Part shown: in pieces, positions 48,883 to 58,502 of the stretch | Layout of the letters: every line of letters starts with the position of its first letter | Position numbering within the stretch: position 1 is the first letter of the stretch | Assembly (NCBI GenBank): GCA_944332555.1 | Contig: CALVKF010000004.1 | Location: 1-58,502, forward strand | Length of the DNA stretch: 58,502 nt | Origin: an uncultured Bacilli bacterium | GTDB lineage: Bacteria > Bacillota_I > Bacilli_A > RF39 > UBA660 | Direction: 5' to 3' | Translations under genes and position numbers: made by a program | Notes under the pieces: model-generated | Databases searched by the model: none | Told to the model about the DNA's origin: nothing | The model's input: only the letters and a program-made list of their open reading frames with translations

Positions 48883-51024
48883 ATGAATGAAGAAGTAATT
48901 AATAAAGTAAGTAGTAAAATTAATTTAGGGCCTAATCAAATAAAGGCTGTTATAAATATGCTTAATGAGGGAGCAACTATTCCTTTTATTGCAAGATATC
49001 GTAAGGAAGTAACGGGTAATTTAAACGAAGAAGAATTACGGCTTATTGAAACTGAATATAACTATGCAGTTAATTTAGAGGCAAGAAAAGATGATGTTAA
49101 AAGATTAATTGATGAAAAAGGAATGCTTACAGAAGAACTAGTAAAAGCTATTGATGAAGCAACTCGTCTTAGTGAAGTTGAAGATATTTATGCACCATTT
49201 AAAGAAAAAAGAAAAACTAAAGGAACAGAAGCTATTAAAATGGGGTTAGAACCTTTAGCAAAAATTATTATGAATCTACCTAATAAAACTAGGGATGAAG
49301 TAGCTAAAGATTTTTTAAATGAAAGTGTAAAAACCGTCGATGATGCTATAAAAAATGCCGGATATATTATTGCAGACTGGATAAGTGATAATCCTAAATA
49401 TCGTAAATATATTAGAAAATATTATTGGTATAATGGAGTCGTTACTTCGAAATTAAAAAGAGGAGCTGAAGACTCTAATAAAGTTTATGAAATATATTAT
49501 AATTTTGAGGCTAAAATAACTAATATTAAACCTCATCAAATATTAGCTATTAATAGAGCAGAAAAAGAAAAAATTGTCACTTATAGTTTGAGTGTTGATA
49601 ATAAGAAAGTTTTAGAATATTTACATAATGAAGTAATTGGCAATAAAAAAGGTCCATTAGTAAATGATATGGAAGAATTTATAATTGATGCTTGGAAAAG
49701 ATTACTAGAGCCTTCTCTAGAGCGAGATATTAAAGGAGAATTATTTGATAAAGCAAGTGCATTTGGTATTGAAGAATTTGGTAATAATCTAGAAAATTTA
49801 TTATTGACACCACCAATAAAGGGCAGTGTTGTTATGGGCTTTGATCCAGCTTTTAGAACTGGTTGTAAACTTGCGGTTTTATCTCCAACAGGTGAAGTTC
49901 TAGAAATTGGAGTAATTTATCCCCATGAACCAAAAAAAGAAGTTGACATGGCAGAGAGTATTATGCTTGCATTAATACAAAAACACAATGTTAAAATAAT
50001 TGCTATTGGTAATGGTACAGCTTCCCGTGAAAGTGAAGCTTTTGTGGCGGGGTTAATCAAGAAATATAATTTAGATGTTAAATATGTTATTGTTAGTGAA
50101 GCGGGAGCTAGTGTTTATTCGGCATCTCCTTTAGCAAAAAAAGAATTCCCAGATTATTCTGTAGAACAAAGAAGTGCTGTAAGTATTGGAAGAAGATTAC
50201 AAGACGCTTTATCAGAACTTGTTAAGATTGATCCAAAAGCAATAGGTGTAGGACTTTATCAACATGATTTAAAACAAAAAGAATTAGATGATGAATTAGG
50301 TTTTGTTGTAAGTAAAATTGTTAATAAAGTTGGAGTTAATTTAAATAATGCTAGTGAAAGTATTTTAAATTATGTTTCTGGTTTGAATAAAAATATCATT
50401 AAAAAAATACTGGATTATCGTAAGAAAAATGGAGTAATTAAATCGAGGAAGGAACTAGCAAGTGTTGAAGGAAATGCTAAAGCATTTGAACAATCGGCAG
50501 GGTTCTTAAGGATATTTAATGGGGATAATCCTTTAGATAAAACTAATATTCATCCAGAAGATTATGATATTGTTAATAAAATATTAAATGATTATAAAAT
50601 TGCTATATCTTTAGTAGGAACAAATAAAATGCAAGAGGAAGTGGCTAAATTAAATGATAAAGAAGTATTAGAAAAATATGATATATCTTTAGAAAAATGG
50701 CAACTCATTAAAGATAATTTAGTAAATGGAGTAATTGATCCACGGGATGAAATAAAACAAATGACTTTAAGAAGTGATATACTTTCAATAGATGATTTAG
50801 AACTAGGCATGGAACTTGAAGGCACAGTTCGTAATGTTACCGCTTTTGGAGCTTTTGTTGATATTGGCCTTCATGATGATGCTCTAATACATATTTCTAA
50901 AATGAGCAAAAGTTTTGTAAAACATCCTAGTGAAATTTTAAAAGTTGGGGATATAATAAATGTTTATATATGTGGAATAGAAAAAGATAAGGGAAGAGTA
51001 AGTTTATCTTTAATTGGAGAGTGA
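48883..51024 (+). CDS. tex: Tex RNA-binding transcriptional accessory protein
   Basis: GATIPFIARYRKE, DPAFRTGCK, GNGTASRES, SEAGASVYSAS, GVGLYQHD, C-terminal S1 domain. Confidence 0.95.
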   Translation: MNEEVINKVSSKINLGPNQIKAVINMLNEGATIPFIARYRKEVTGNLNEEELRLIETEYNYAVNLEARKDDVKRLIDEKGMLTEELVKAIDEATRLSEVEDIYAPFKEKRKTKGTEAIKMGLEPLAKIIMNLPNKTRDEVAKDFLNESVKTVDDAIKNAGYIIADWISDNPKYRKYIRKYYWYNGVVTSKLKRGAEDSNKVYEIYYNFEAKITNIKPHQILAINRAEKEKIVTYSLSVDNKKVLEYLHNEVIGNKKGPLVNDMEEFIIDAWKRLLEPSLERDIKGELFDKASAFGIEEFGNNLENLLLTPPIKGSVVMGFDPAFRTGCKLAVLSPTGEVLEIGVIYPHEPKKEVDMAESIMLALIQKHNVKIIAIGNGTASRESEAFVAGLIKKYNLDVKYVIVSEAGASVYSASPLAKKEFPDYSVEQRSAVSIGRRLQDALSELVKIDPKAIGVGLYQHDLKQKELDDELGFVVSKIVNKVGVNLNNASESILNYVSGLNKNIIKKILDYRKKNGVIKSRKELASVEGNAKAFEQSAGFLRIFNGDNPLDKTNIHPEDYDIVNKILNDYKIAISLVGTNKMQEEVAKLNDKEVLEKYDISLEKWQLIKDNLVNGVIDPRDEIKQMTLRSDILSIDDLELGMELEGTVRNVTAFGAFVDIGLHDDALIHISKMSKSFVKHPSEILKVGDIINVYICGIEKDKGRVSLSLIGE

Positions 51025-51743
51025 ATATGAAATGGATTTTTGGTGCTATTAAATTAGTTTTAGTTTTTGGTTTTATGGCTTTAGCCTTTTTGCTTTTAAT
51101 TAATAAAACCTTTATTAATGAAGTGTATTTAGAAGATTTCATGATTGGAGAAGGAATACCTATTAAAAGATTTATGTATTTTCAAAACATAAATAGTGAC
51201 TTAACAGCGAATTTTATAACTCCTCTAAATTATGAAACTTTAAATAATGCTAAAAATAGTTATTTAGAAAGTTTAGAGAAATGTTATGACAGATATTATT
51301 ATGATAGTAATAATGCTATAACTATAATTGATTATGATATAAGTAATGATAAATATTTAAGAAGTGTATCGATTCATATGGCTAATGATAATTATTGTAG
51401 TGAAGATTATAAGCTTAGTGATATGTGGATTTATGATTATGAAAATTTAAGCCTTTATGTTAATGGCGATATTACTCAAAATGCTATGAGTAGAGTTATA
51501 AGTACAATTCATGAAGCTGAAAGAGTAAATAATCCAACTATAGTTGATGATTATGAAGCAGAAGTTATATTAAAGGTAAATGCTAGTACAGAAAGTATAG
51601 GTTATACATTAACTTTTCAAGATTTTAGTGAAAATGAATTGTTAGTTATTAAACAGATGAATAATAAAATCCAGTTTGCGGTATATACTCTCGAAAATGT
51701 TATTGATTTTTTAAATAGTTTGGAAAGAAGGGTGAATTCATGA
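51021..51743 (+). CDS. Membrane-anchored hypothetical protein
   Basis: N-terminal TM; overlaps tex and the next gene. Confidence 0.6.
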   Translation: MNMKWIFGAIKLVLVFGFMALAFLLLINKTFINEVYLEDFMIGEGIPIKRFMYFQNINSDLTANFITPLNYETLNNAKNSYLESLEKCYDRYYYDSNNAITIIDYDISNDKYLRSVSIHMANDNYCSEDYKLSDMWIYDYENLSLYVNGDITQNAMSRVISTIHEAERVNNPTIVDDYEAEVILKVNASTESIGYTLTFQDFSENELLVIKQMNNKIQFAVYTLENVIDFLNSLERRVNS

Positions 51744-52870
51744 AAACAATAAATATTAAGGATATAAAAAAACTAATTATTTTAGCTATAGTTTTGATTT
51801 TTGGTTTTATTTATATATCAGAAATATGGTCTTTTATTAAATTTGTTATTAAAATTTTTATGCCATTTATTATTGGTTTAGCCATAGCTTTTGTTTTAAA
51901 TGTTTTAATGAATTCTATTGAAACAAAATGGTTTGGGAAATGGAAGGTTAGTACTAAAGTTAAAAGACCAATAAGCTTACTTATTTCGATAGCTATAGTT
52001 TTAGGTTTTATAGTTTTTCTATTATTTTTAATTATTCCTAATTTACAAAATACCATTTCTTTATTTGCCGATAGTATTCCTGTTTATAGTCGAAATTTAC
52101 AAGAATTACTTAATAATTGGGGGATTAATGCTGATATAATAAATGATATTAAAGAAGTTTTGGATTCTTTAGGAACAACACTTGCTGAATATATAAAGAA
52201 TAATTCTAATCAAGTAATTGATGTTACTTTAGGTATTGCTTCAAATGTTGTGACAGGTTTTGTTAATGTAACAATTGGTTTTGTATTTGCAATATATTTT
52301 TTAGCCCAAAAAGAAAAAATAACTAGTCAATTTAATAAAGTAATGGATGCATATTTGCCTAAAAAAAGAGTAAATAAAATAAAAGAAATAGCCCATTTAT
52401 CCAATAAAGTTTTTTCTAGTTTTGTTAGTGGTCAGTGTATTGAAGCAATAATTATTGGTATCCTTTGTTTTATAGGTATGATACTACTTCGTTTACCTTA
52501 TGCATCAACTATATCTGTGTTAGTGGGATTTACCGCTTTAATTCCAGTTTTTGGGGCATTTATTGGAACTATTTTTGGAGCTTTCTTAATATTTATGATA
52601 AGTCCTCTTCAAGCAATAATATTTGTGATGTTTATAATAATTTTACAACAACTAGAAGGCAATTTAATTTATCCAAAGGTTGTTGGTAAATCAGTAGGTC
52701 TTCCAGGAATTTGGGTTTTAGTTGCCGTAACAGTTGGAGCTAGTATAAATGGTGTTTTAGGAATGCTTTTAAGTGTTCCAATATGTTCAATTATATATAG
52801 TATTTTGGCAACTAATGTTAAAGATCGCCTGGAGGGAAAAAATAAGACTAACAAAAAAGTACAAGAATAA
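51740..52870 (+). CDS. AI-2E family transporter
   Basis: PFIIG..IAFVLN, LIPVFGAFIG, LQQLEGNLIYPKVVG.SVGLP, G.LGMLL.VP. Confidence 0.92.
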   Translation: MKTINIKDIKKLIILAIVLIFGFIYISEIWSFIKFVIKIFMPFIIGLAIAFVLNVLMNSIETKWFGKWKVSTKVKRPISLLISIAIVLGFIVFLLFLIIPNLQNTISLFADSIPVYSRNLQELLNNWGINADIINDIKEVLDSLGTTLAEYIKNNSNQVIDVTLGIASNVVTGFVNVTIGFVFAIYFLAQKEKITSQFNKVMDAYLPKKRVNKIKEIAHLSNKVFSSFVSGQCIEAIIIGILCFIGMILLRLPYASTISVLVGFTALIPVFGAFIGTIFGAFLIFMISPLQAIIFVMFIIILQQLEGNLIYPKVVGKSVGLPGIWVLVAVTVGASINGVLGMLLSVPICSIIYSILATNVKDRLEGKNKTNKKVQE

Positions 52871-52950
52871 TCTTGTACCTTTTTAATAAGACAACATCAT
52901 AATTATAAGAAAATTTTTAGTAAAAATATGAAAATGGATGTTGTCTTATA
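52854..52950 (-). ncRNA. Candidate small RNA
   Basis: Minus-strand TTGACA-16-TATAAT; 13-bp stem ATAAGACAACATC/GATGTTGTCTTAT; ends at the GTACAAGA/TCTTGTAC bidirectional terminator. Confidence 0.5.
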
Positions 52951-53113
52951 AATATAATTATACTCCAAATTTATTTTGTGTCAATCATAATTTGTAAATT
53001 TTGAAAAAATATGATAAAATATTACAAATTTGTTTTTGGACAAGGCATTTGTTATAAGTATATGCAAAATGACGGAATATGTTATTATATAAAATAAAAG
53101 AAAGAAGGTAATT

Positions 53114-54310
53114 ATGAATAGAGAAGATTTCCCAATGTTAAAACAAGATATAATTTATTTAGATAATGGAGCAACTAGTTTTAAACCCCAATGTGTTATT
53201 GATAAAATTGTTGATTATTATTCTAATTATAGTGCTAATGCTCATCGAGGAGATTATGATATTTCTTATAAAGTAGATTTAGAATATGAAAATGCCAGAG
53301 AAGAAGTAGTAGATTTTATAAATGCTAAATCAAAAGAAGAAGTTATATTTACTAGTGGTTCAACAGATTCTTTAAATATGATAGTAAATGGTTTTTTTGC
53401 TAAACTAGTTGAACCTGGTGATGAAATACTAATAACTACTAGTGAGCATGCATCAAATGTTTTGCCTTGGTTTAAGCTGGCAACTGATTATGGATGTGTA
53501 GTTAAGTTTATTCCATTAGATGATTATTTACATGTAACTTTAGAAAATGTAAAAATGAGCATTACTCCTAAAACTAAAATTATAGCTCTTGCTCATGTAA
53601 CTAATGTTATCGGTGATGTTCGTCCTATTAAAGAGATTGCTAAAATTGCCCATGAAAATAATATATTTTTAGTTGTTGATGGTGCTCAAAGTGTACCTCA
53701 TATGAAGGTAGATGTTCAAGATTTGGATGTTGATTTTTTAACATTTTCTGCTCATAAAATGTTAGGACCAACGGGAGTTGGAGTTCTTTATGGCAAAAAA
53801 GAATTATTAGAAGATTTAGTACCTATCAATTTAGGAGGGGGCATGAATGAATCGTTTGATAGTCCAAGTGAGGTCTATTTAAAAGATTTACCAACCAGGC
53901 TAGAGGCTGGTACTCCAAATATCGCCGGAGTCATAGGTTTTGGAGAAGCGATTAGATATTTGAAAAAAATTGGCATGGAAAAAATAGAAGAAAGAGAAAG
54001 ACAGTTGCGGGAATATTTGATAGAAAAATTAGTTAAAATTCCGCATTTAGATATTATCAATTTAGAGTCGGAAAGTGGAATTGTAGCATTTAATGTCAAT
54101 GATATTTTTTCACAAGATGTCGCATATTACTTGAATAAATATAATATTTGTGTTAGAGCAGGTAATCATTGTGCAAAATTAACTAAAAATGTTACAGGTG
54201 TAGATAATTCTTTAAGAGTTAGTTTATATTTTTATAATACCGAGACTGAAATAGATGAATTAGTAGAACTTTTAAGTGATAAAGAAAAAATAGTAAGAGA
54301 GATGATTTAA
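53114..54310 (+). CDS. sufS: Cysteine desulfurase SufS
   Basis: YLDNGATS.KP, EHASN, DGAQS, SAHKMLGPTGVG, EAGTP, VRAGNHCA. Confidence 0.93.
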   Translation: MNREDFPMLKQDIIYLDNGATSFKPQCVIDKIVDYYSNYSANAHRGDYDISYKVDLEYENAREEVVDFINAKSKEEVIFTSGSTDSLNMIVNGFFAKLVEPGDEILITTSEHASNVLPWFKLATDYGCVVKFIPLDDYLHVTLENVKMSITPKTKIIALAHVTNVIGDVRPIKEIAKIAHENNIFLVVDGAQSVPHMKVDVQDLDVDFLTFSAHKMLGPTGVGVLYGKKELLEDLVPINLGGGMNESFDSPSEVYLKDLPTRLEAGTPNIAGVIGFGEAIRYLKKIGMEKIEERERQLREYLIEKLVKIPHLDIINLESESGIVAFNVNDIFSQDVAYYLNKYNICVRAGNHCAKLTKNVTGVDNSLRVSLYFYNTETEIDELVELLSDKEKIVREMI

Positions 54311-54311
54311 G

Positions 54312-54716
54312 TTGAATTATAGAGATGTAGTAATGGATCATTATAGTAATCCAAGAAACAAAAAAAGAATGGATGATAGTAAGTATATAAAACAAAATAC
54401 TAGAAATACTTCATGCATTGATAATTTAGATATTTATTGTTTAATTGATAGAGATATCATAAAAGATATTACTTTTGATGGTGAAGCATGTGCTATAAGT
54501 ATATCTTCAGCATCAATTATGACTACTCTTTTAAAGGATAAAACAATTACTGAAGCTAAAGAAATAATAAATAACATAGATAATATGTTAAATGATTTAG
54601 AATATGATAAAGATTTAATTAAAGAAGCTAGTGTTTATGAAAATACTAAAAACACAAGTCGTAAAACTTGTGCTTGGCTTCCATATGCGGGAATAAAAAA
54701 AATAATTGAAAAATAG
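54312..54716 (+). CDS. sufU: SufU/NifU-family Fe-S assembly protein
   Basis: MDHYSNPRN, N.SCID, GEACAIS.SSASIM, R.TCA.LP. Confidence 0.9.
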   Translation: MNYRDVVMDHYSNPRNKKRMDDSKYIKQNTRNTSCIDNLDIYCLIDRDIIKDITFDGEACAISISSASIMTTLLKDKTITEAKEIINNIDNMLNDLEYDKDLIKEASVYENTKNTSRKTCAWLPYAGIKKIIEK

Positions 54717-54724
54717 TTGCAAAA

Positions 54725-54940
54725 CTATTTTTTCTTTTCTAAAGTTACAACAATATCAAATTTATCACAAATAGCTAAAAAGTCATTTAAAAAAATTCTG
54801 TTACGATCATTTTCAATGTTATTAATACTATTACGGCTTCTTCCAATTTCTTTAGCAAATTTTTGTTGGGATAAAGTTGTCCATTCTCTTATAATTTTCA
54901 TTACTTCATTCGCTTTATAATCATTAGCTTTTATTTTCAT
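54725..54940 (-). CDS. Small XRE-family HTH regulator
   Basis: IREWTTLSQQKFAKEIGRSRNSINNIEND; GGTGA RBS before ATG 54940. Confidence 0.8.
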   Translation of the reverse strand: MKIKANDYKANEVMKIIREWTTLSQQKFAKEIGRSRNSINNIENDRNRIFLNDFLAICDKFDIVVTLEKKK

Positions 54941-54987
54941 TTTAATCACCAAATTAAGACTATCATAAGTAATCAAAAAAAACTTAA

Positions 54988-55059
54988 AATTGACTATTGA
55001 CAGTAATCAATTAAAATTTTATAATTAAATTAATGATTGATAACTAACAGTAATCAATT
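54988..55059 (+). promoter_or_regulatory. Consensus sigma-A promoter flanked by two imperfect palindromic operators
   Basis: TTGACA (54997) -17- TATAAT (55020); AATTGACTATTG-A-CAGTAATCAATT and ATTGATAACTA-A-CAGTAATCAAT. Confidence 0.75.
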
Positions 55060-55076
55060 ATAGGAGTTGAAGTCTT

Positions 55077-56831
55077 ATGAAAAAGAAAATATTGTTGATA
55101 AGTAGTATGTTACTAACATTTATTTTAGTTGTCTTTGTTTCATTAAATAATACAAATAATGAAAATAAAAATGTATTATCTAATACAAATAAAGATACAG
55201 AAGTAATAAATAGTAATATGATAACTATGATGTATGAAACAGATGCTGGTACAGGTATATATGAAGAAACAAAAGATACAACTTGGCCAGAGAATGGATA
55301 TATATTTAATGAAAATTTAAGTGGTTGTGAGAGAGGTGGAGAATTAGAATATAATTCTATAAATAAAACAGTAAATTTATTAAGTAATAAATCAGATAAT
55401 TGTTATGTGTACTTTGATAAATATGATGGAGTATGGATAGATAATGTAAGTATATCTAATGTAACAGGATCATCTGTTACATTAGATATAAGTGCAACAA
55501 GTGAAAATGGAAATATTACAACATATTATTATTCACTAAATGATAGTGAAGAATATCAAGAAACAACAACTAATCCAATAACCATAAATGATTTAAATAA
55601 ATTAACAGAATATAAGATAAGCATATATGCTATAGATAGTACAAATGCAAGATCTAATATATATGAAGTAATAGTAGCTACAACAGATGAATCAAGACCA
55701 GTGATAAATAGTGTAAGTGTAACTGATGTCTCATACAATGGTTTTACCTTAACTGTAGATGCTACAAGTGATGTGGAGATTAATAAATATTATTATATCC
55801 TTAAAAATCAAGAAGATAATAATGCTGCATATAGCACATCAAATAAATATGCTTTTAATAATCTTAAAGAAAATACTAACTATGATTTGGAAATATTCAT
55901 AGAAGATACAAACGGGATATTTTCAGAAAAATATAATATTTCAGAAAAAACTATGCTTAGGTTAAGTACATATATAGTCAATTTATATTCATCACAAGGC
56001 TCAAATAATATATATTATCATGCAAGTAATTTAAATAATTCTGCAGGAGACAATTCGTATAGATATTCCGGAGCTAATCCAAATAATTATGTTTGTTTCG
56101 GCTCAACTACAACGCCATGTCCTACAGAAAATATATATCGAATAATAGGTGTATTTAATAATCAAGTTAAAATTATTACATCGGATGTAGTTGGTAACTC
56201 CGTTCTTGGTAAACAACCGGATATGACAACTCCAACATCTTGGTATCCTAATTATAGTGGCCATTTAACAAATCTACCCGTATATTTTTGGAGTGGCAGT
56301 AGTAGTGAATCTAATATATGGAGTAGTAGTACATTAAATATAGATGTTTTAAATGGTACATATTTAACTAATTTAGGAATCGCATGGAGTAATTTAATAG
56401 CAAATCACATATGGAAAGTAGGCGGAATGAGTTGGCCAAATGGGGCAACATCAGGAGCACAAACAGCATATAATTACGAAGTGGGAGCAAATAGTAGTGA
56501 TACATCATATAATGCTAAAGTAGGATTGATGTATTTAAGTGATTATTATTACGGAGCAAGTAACACATATTGGTCATATGCAGGAAGCAATAGTTCGGGT
56601 GCAGATTATAGTTTAGCTATTAATGATAATTGGCTATATATTGGAATAATTGAACATACTATTGCTAGAAATATTGATAATCAAACTGAAGTATATAAAA
56701 TTTCTGGTTCGGGATCAATTGTCACTTCTGCTGGAGGTGTTAGCTTAAGACCAGTCTTCTACCTAAATTCAAATGTTACTTATCTTTCTGGTGATGGTTC
56801 GGAACAAAATCCTATACGCATTGGAATGTAA
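55077..56831 (+). CDS. Exported surface protein: N-terminal anchor, two FN3-like domains, C-terminal DUF6273/C-type-lectin-like domain
   Basis: TM; L..LTEY.I.IYAID and F.NLKENTNY.LEIFIED repeats; YRYSGANPNNYVCF, YRIIG, VGLMYLSDY, RPVFYL...SGDGS..NP. Confidence 0.75.
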   Translation: MKKKILLISSMLLTFILVVFVSLNNTNNENKNVLSNTNKDTEVINSNMITMMYETDAGTGIYEETKDTTWPENGYIFNENLSGCERGGELEYNSINKTVNLLSNKSDNCYVYFDKYDGVWIDNVSISNVTGSSVTLDISATSENGNITTYYYSLNDSEEYQETTTNPITINDLNKLTEYKISIYAIDSTNARSNIYEVIVATTDESRPVINSVSVTDVSYNGFTLTVDATSDVEINKYYYILKNQEDNNAAYSTSNKYAFNNLKENTNYDLEIFIEDTNGIFSEKYNISEKTMLRLSTYIVNLYSSQGSNNIYYHASNLNNSAGDNSYRYSGANPNNYVCFGSTTTPCPTENIYRIIGVFNNQVKIITSDVVGNSVLGKQPDMTTPTSWYPNYSGHLTNLPVYFWSGSSSESNIWSSSTLNIDVLNGTYLTNLGIAWSNLIANHIWKVGGMSWPNGATSGAQTAYNYEVGANSSDTSYNAKVGLMYLSDYYYGASNTYWSYAGSNSSGADYSLAINDNWLYIGIIEHTIARNIDNQTEVYKISGSGSIVTSAGGVSLRPVFYLNSNVTYLSGDGSEQNPIRIGM

Positions 56832-56887
56832 TTTCTATTTGAAAACACTTGAAAATATGTAATGTTTTGTGGTATATTATTGGTATC

Positions 56888-57075
56888 AACGAAGATAAAG
56901 GATAAGTAGTTATATTGATTCTTACTAGAGATTTAGTGGCTGGTGGAAACTAAAAAGATAAATATAATGAATCTACCTTTGGAGTTAGCGATTTGCTCGG
57001 GTAATACCGTTATCTAAAACGAGTTATAAAGGGTGGTACCGTCATAAATTGACTCCTTGGTATTACTCTTTTTAT
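56888..57075 (+). promoter_or_regulatory. T-box riboswitch (Ser) leader of serS
   Basis: Stem I with AGTA, AGAGA and GGCTGGTGGAA; specifier GAA-TCT-A (56972-56974); CCGTTA F-box; T-box AAGGGTGGTACCG. Confidence 0.9.
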
Positions 57076-57094
57076 TATTGAAAGGAAGATTAAA

Positions 57095-58381
57095 ATGATT
57101 GATATTAAATTAATTAGAGAAAATAGTGATTTAGTAAAAGAAAATATTAAAAAGAAATTTCAAGATGAAAAATTAGGTTTAGTTGATGAAGTTTATGAAT
57201 ATGATAAAACATATCGGGAATATAAGTTAGAAGGCGATAATTTAAGAGCCAAAAGAAATGAATTAAGTAAAGAAATTGGAACACTCATGCGAGAAGGTAA
57301 AAAAAGTGAAGCTGATGAGATAAAGACAGAAGTAACTCGAATTAATGAAAGAATTAAAGAATTAGAAGAAAGCGAAGAAAATTTAGAGAGTGAAATTAAA
57401 ACAAGGATGATGGTTATACCTAATATTATTGATGACTCTGTTCCAATTGGCAAGGATGATTCCGAAAATGTAGAATTAGAGAGATTTGGAGAACCAAAAG
57501 TTCCTGATTATGAAATACCTTATCATGCCGATATTTTAGAGTCTTTAAGTGGCCTTGATAAAGATGCAGCAGGTAGAACTAGTGGTAATGGTTTTTATTA
57601 TTTAATTGGTGATATTGCGAGACTTTCTAGTGCTATGCTTGCTTATGCAAGAGATTTTATGATTGATAAAGGTTTTACATATGCAATCCCACCATTTATG
57701 ATTCGTAGTGATGTTGTGACTGGTGTTATGTCTTTTGCAGAAATGGATGCCATGATGTATAAAATTGAGGGCGAAGACTTATATTTAATTGGCACAAGTG
57801 AACATTCTATGATTGGTAGATTTAAAGATCAAATTGTTAAAGAAGATAGTCTTCCTATTACAATGACTTCTTATTCTCCATGTTTTAGAAAAGAAGTTGG
57901 AGCTCATGGTATTGAAGAACGAGGAATATATCGGGTTCATCAATTTGAAAAACAAGAAATGATTGTTTTATGTAAGCCAGAAGAATCAATGGATTGGTAT
58001 GAAAAAATGTGGAAGTTTACGGTAGAATTATTTAGAAATTTAGATATACCTGTAAGAACACTTGAATGTTGTAGTGGTGATCTTGCTGATTTAAAAGTAA
58101 AATCTGTTGATGTTGAAGCTTGGAGTCCAAGACAAAAGAAATATTTTGAAGTTGGTTCATGTTCTAATTTAGGTGATGCTCAAGCAAGAAGACTGGGTAT
58201 TAGAACTAAAGGTGAAAATGGTAATTATTATGTTCACACATTAAATAATACAGTTCTTGCATCAACTAGAGCTTTAATTGCTTTAATTGAAAATAATTAC
58301 CAAAGTGATGGCTCTGTGAGTGTTCCTAAAGTATTACAACCTTATATGGGAGGATTAGAAATAATTAAACCAAAGTATTAG
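57095..58381 (+). CDS. serS: Serine--tRNA ligase
   Basis: MIDIKLIREN coiled coil, LIGTSE, CFRKEVG, RVHQFEKQE, EVGSCSN, HTLNNT. Confidence 0.97.
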   Translation: MIDIKLIRENSDLVKENIKKKFQDEKLGLVDEVYEYDKTYREYKLEGDNLRAKRNELSKEIGTLMREGKKSEADEIKTEVTRINERIKELEESEENLESEIKTRMMVIPNIIDDSVPIGKDDSENVELERFGEPKVPDYEIPYHADILESLSGLDKDAAGRTSGNGFYYLIGDIARLSSAMLAYARDFMIDKGFTYAIPPFMIRSDVVTGVMSFAEMDAMMYKIEGEDLYLIGTSEHSMIGRFKDQIVKEDSLPITMTSYSPCFRKEVGAHGIEERGIYRVHQFEKQEMIVLCKPEESMDWYEKMWKFTVELFRNLDIPVRTLECCSGDLADLKVKSVDVEAWSPRQKKYFEVGSCSNLGDAQARRLGIRTKGENGNYYVHTLNNTVLASTRALIALIENNYQSDGSVSVPKVLQPYMGGLEIIKPKY

Positions 58382-58439
58382 AATTTTTTCTAATACTTTT
58401 GCATTTTATAGAATAATGTGTTATTACCCGAGTTTGCCA

Positions 58440-58490
58440 CCTAAAAATAAAGATAATCGCTTGAAATTCAGCGATTATCTTTATTTTAGG
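58440..58490. other. Long hairpin downstream of serS
   Basis: CCTAAAAATAAAGATAATCGCT...AGCGATTATCTTTATTTTAGG, about 21-bp stem. Confidence 0.6.
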
Positions 58491-58502
58491 GATTAAAATT
58501 TA

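Noticed and set aside
6398-57453. Numerous 60-98 aa ORFs nested in or antisense to larger genes
   Set aside because: Shadow frames of well-supported genes, with no RBS or recognisable motifs

Overview
Very AT-rich chromosomal window using genetic code 11 (TGA = stop). It has Firmicutes/Bacilli hallmarks (spoVS, RNase J2, CIRCE, T-box serS, SufS/SufU), so it may be an uncultured RF39-like gut Bacilli genome (inference). Contents in order: tRNA-Ser (partial); tRNA-Leu(UAA) interrupted by a group I (IC3-like) intron carrying an HNH endonuclease ORF; housekeeping genes and tRNA-Asn; a repair/stress island (SOS-boxed TIGR03916-TIGR03915-divergent chaperonin operon, Ku plus split LigD plus DUF1848, membrane DnaJ, Hsp20); a Ro60/TROVE-like DUF2828 gene preceded by a tandem covarying structured RNA with an anticodon-loop mimic; an orphan 3' cassette homologous to the C-terminus of a surface protein 35 kb away; a defence island after tRNA-His (KAP NTPase, GmrSD, HEPN-CBS, Type ISP R-M, HNH-helical protein); a surface-glycan cluster, tag, tex, sufSU, an XRE-controlled surface protein and T-box/serS. 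Several promoter-plus-hairpin small RNA candidates were also seen. All family calls come from motif recognition by eye; no searches were run.
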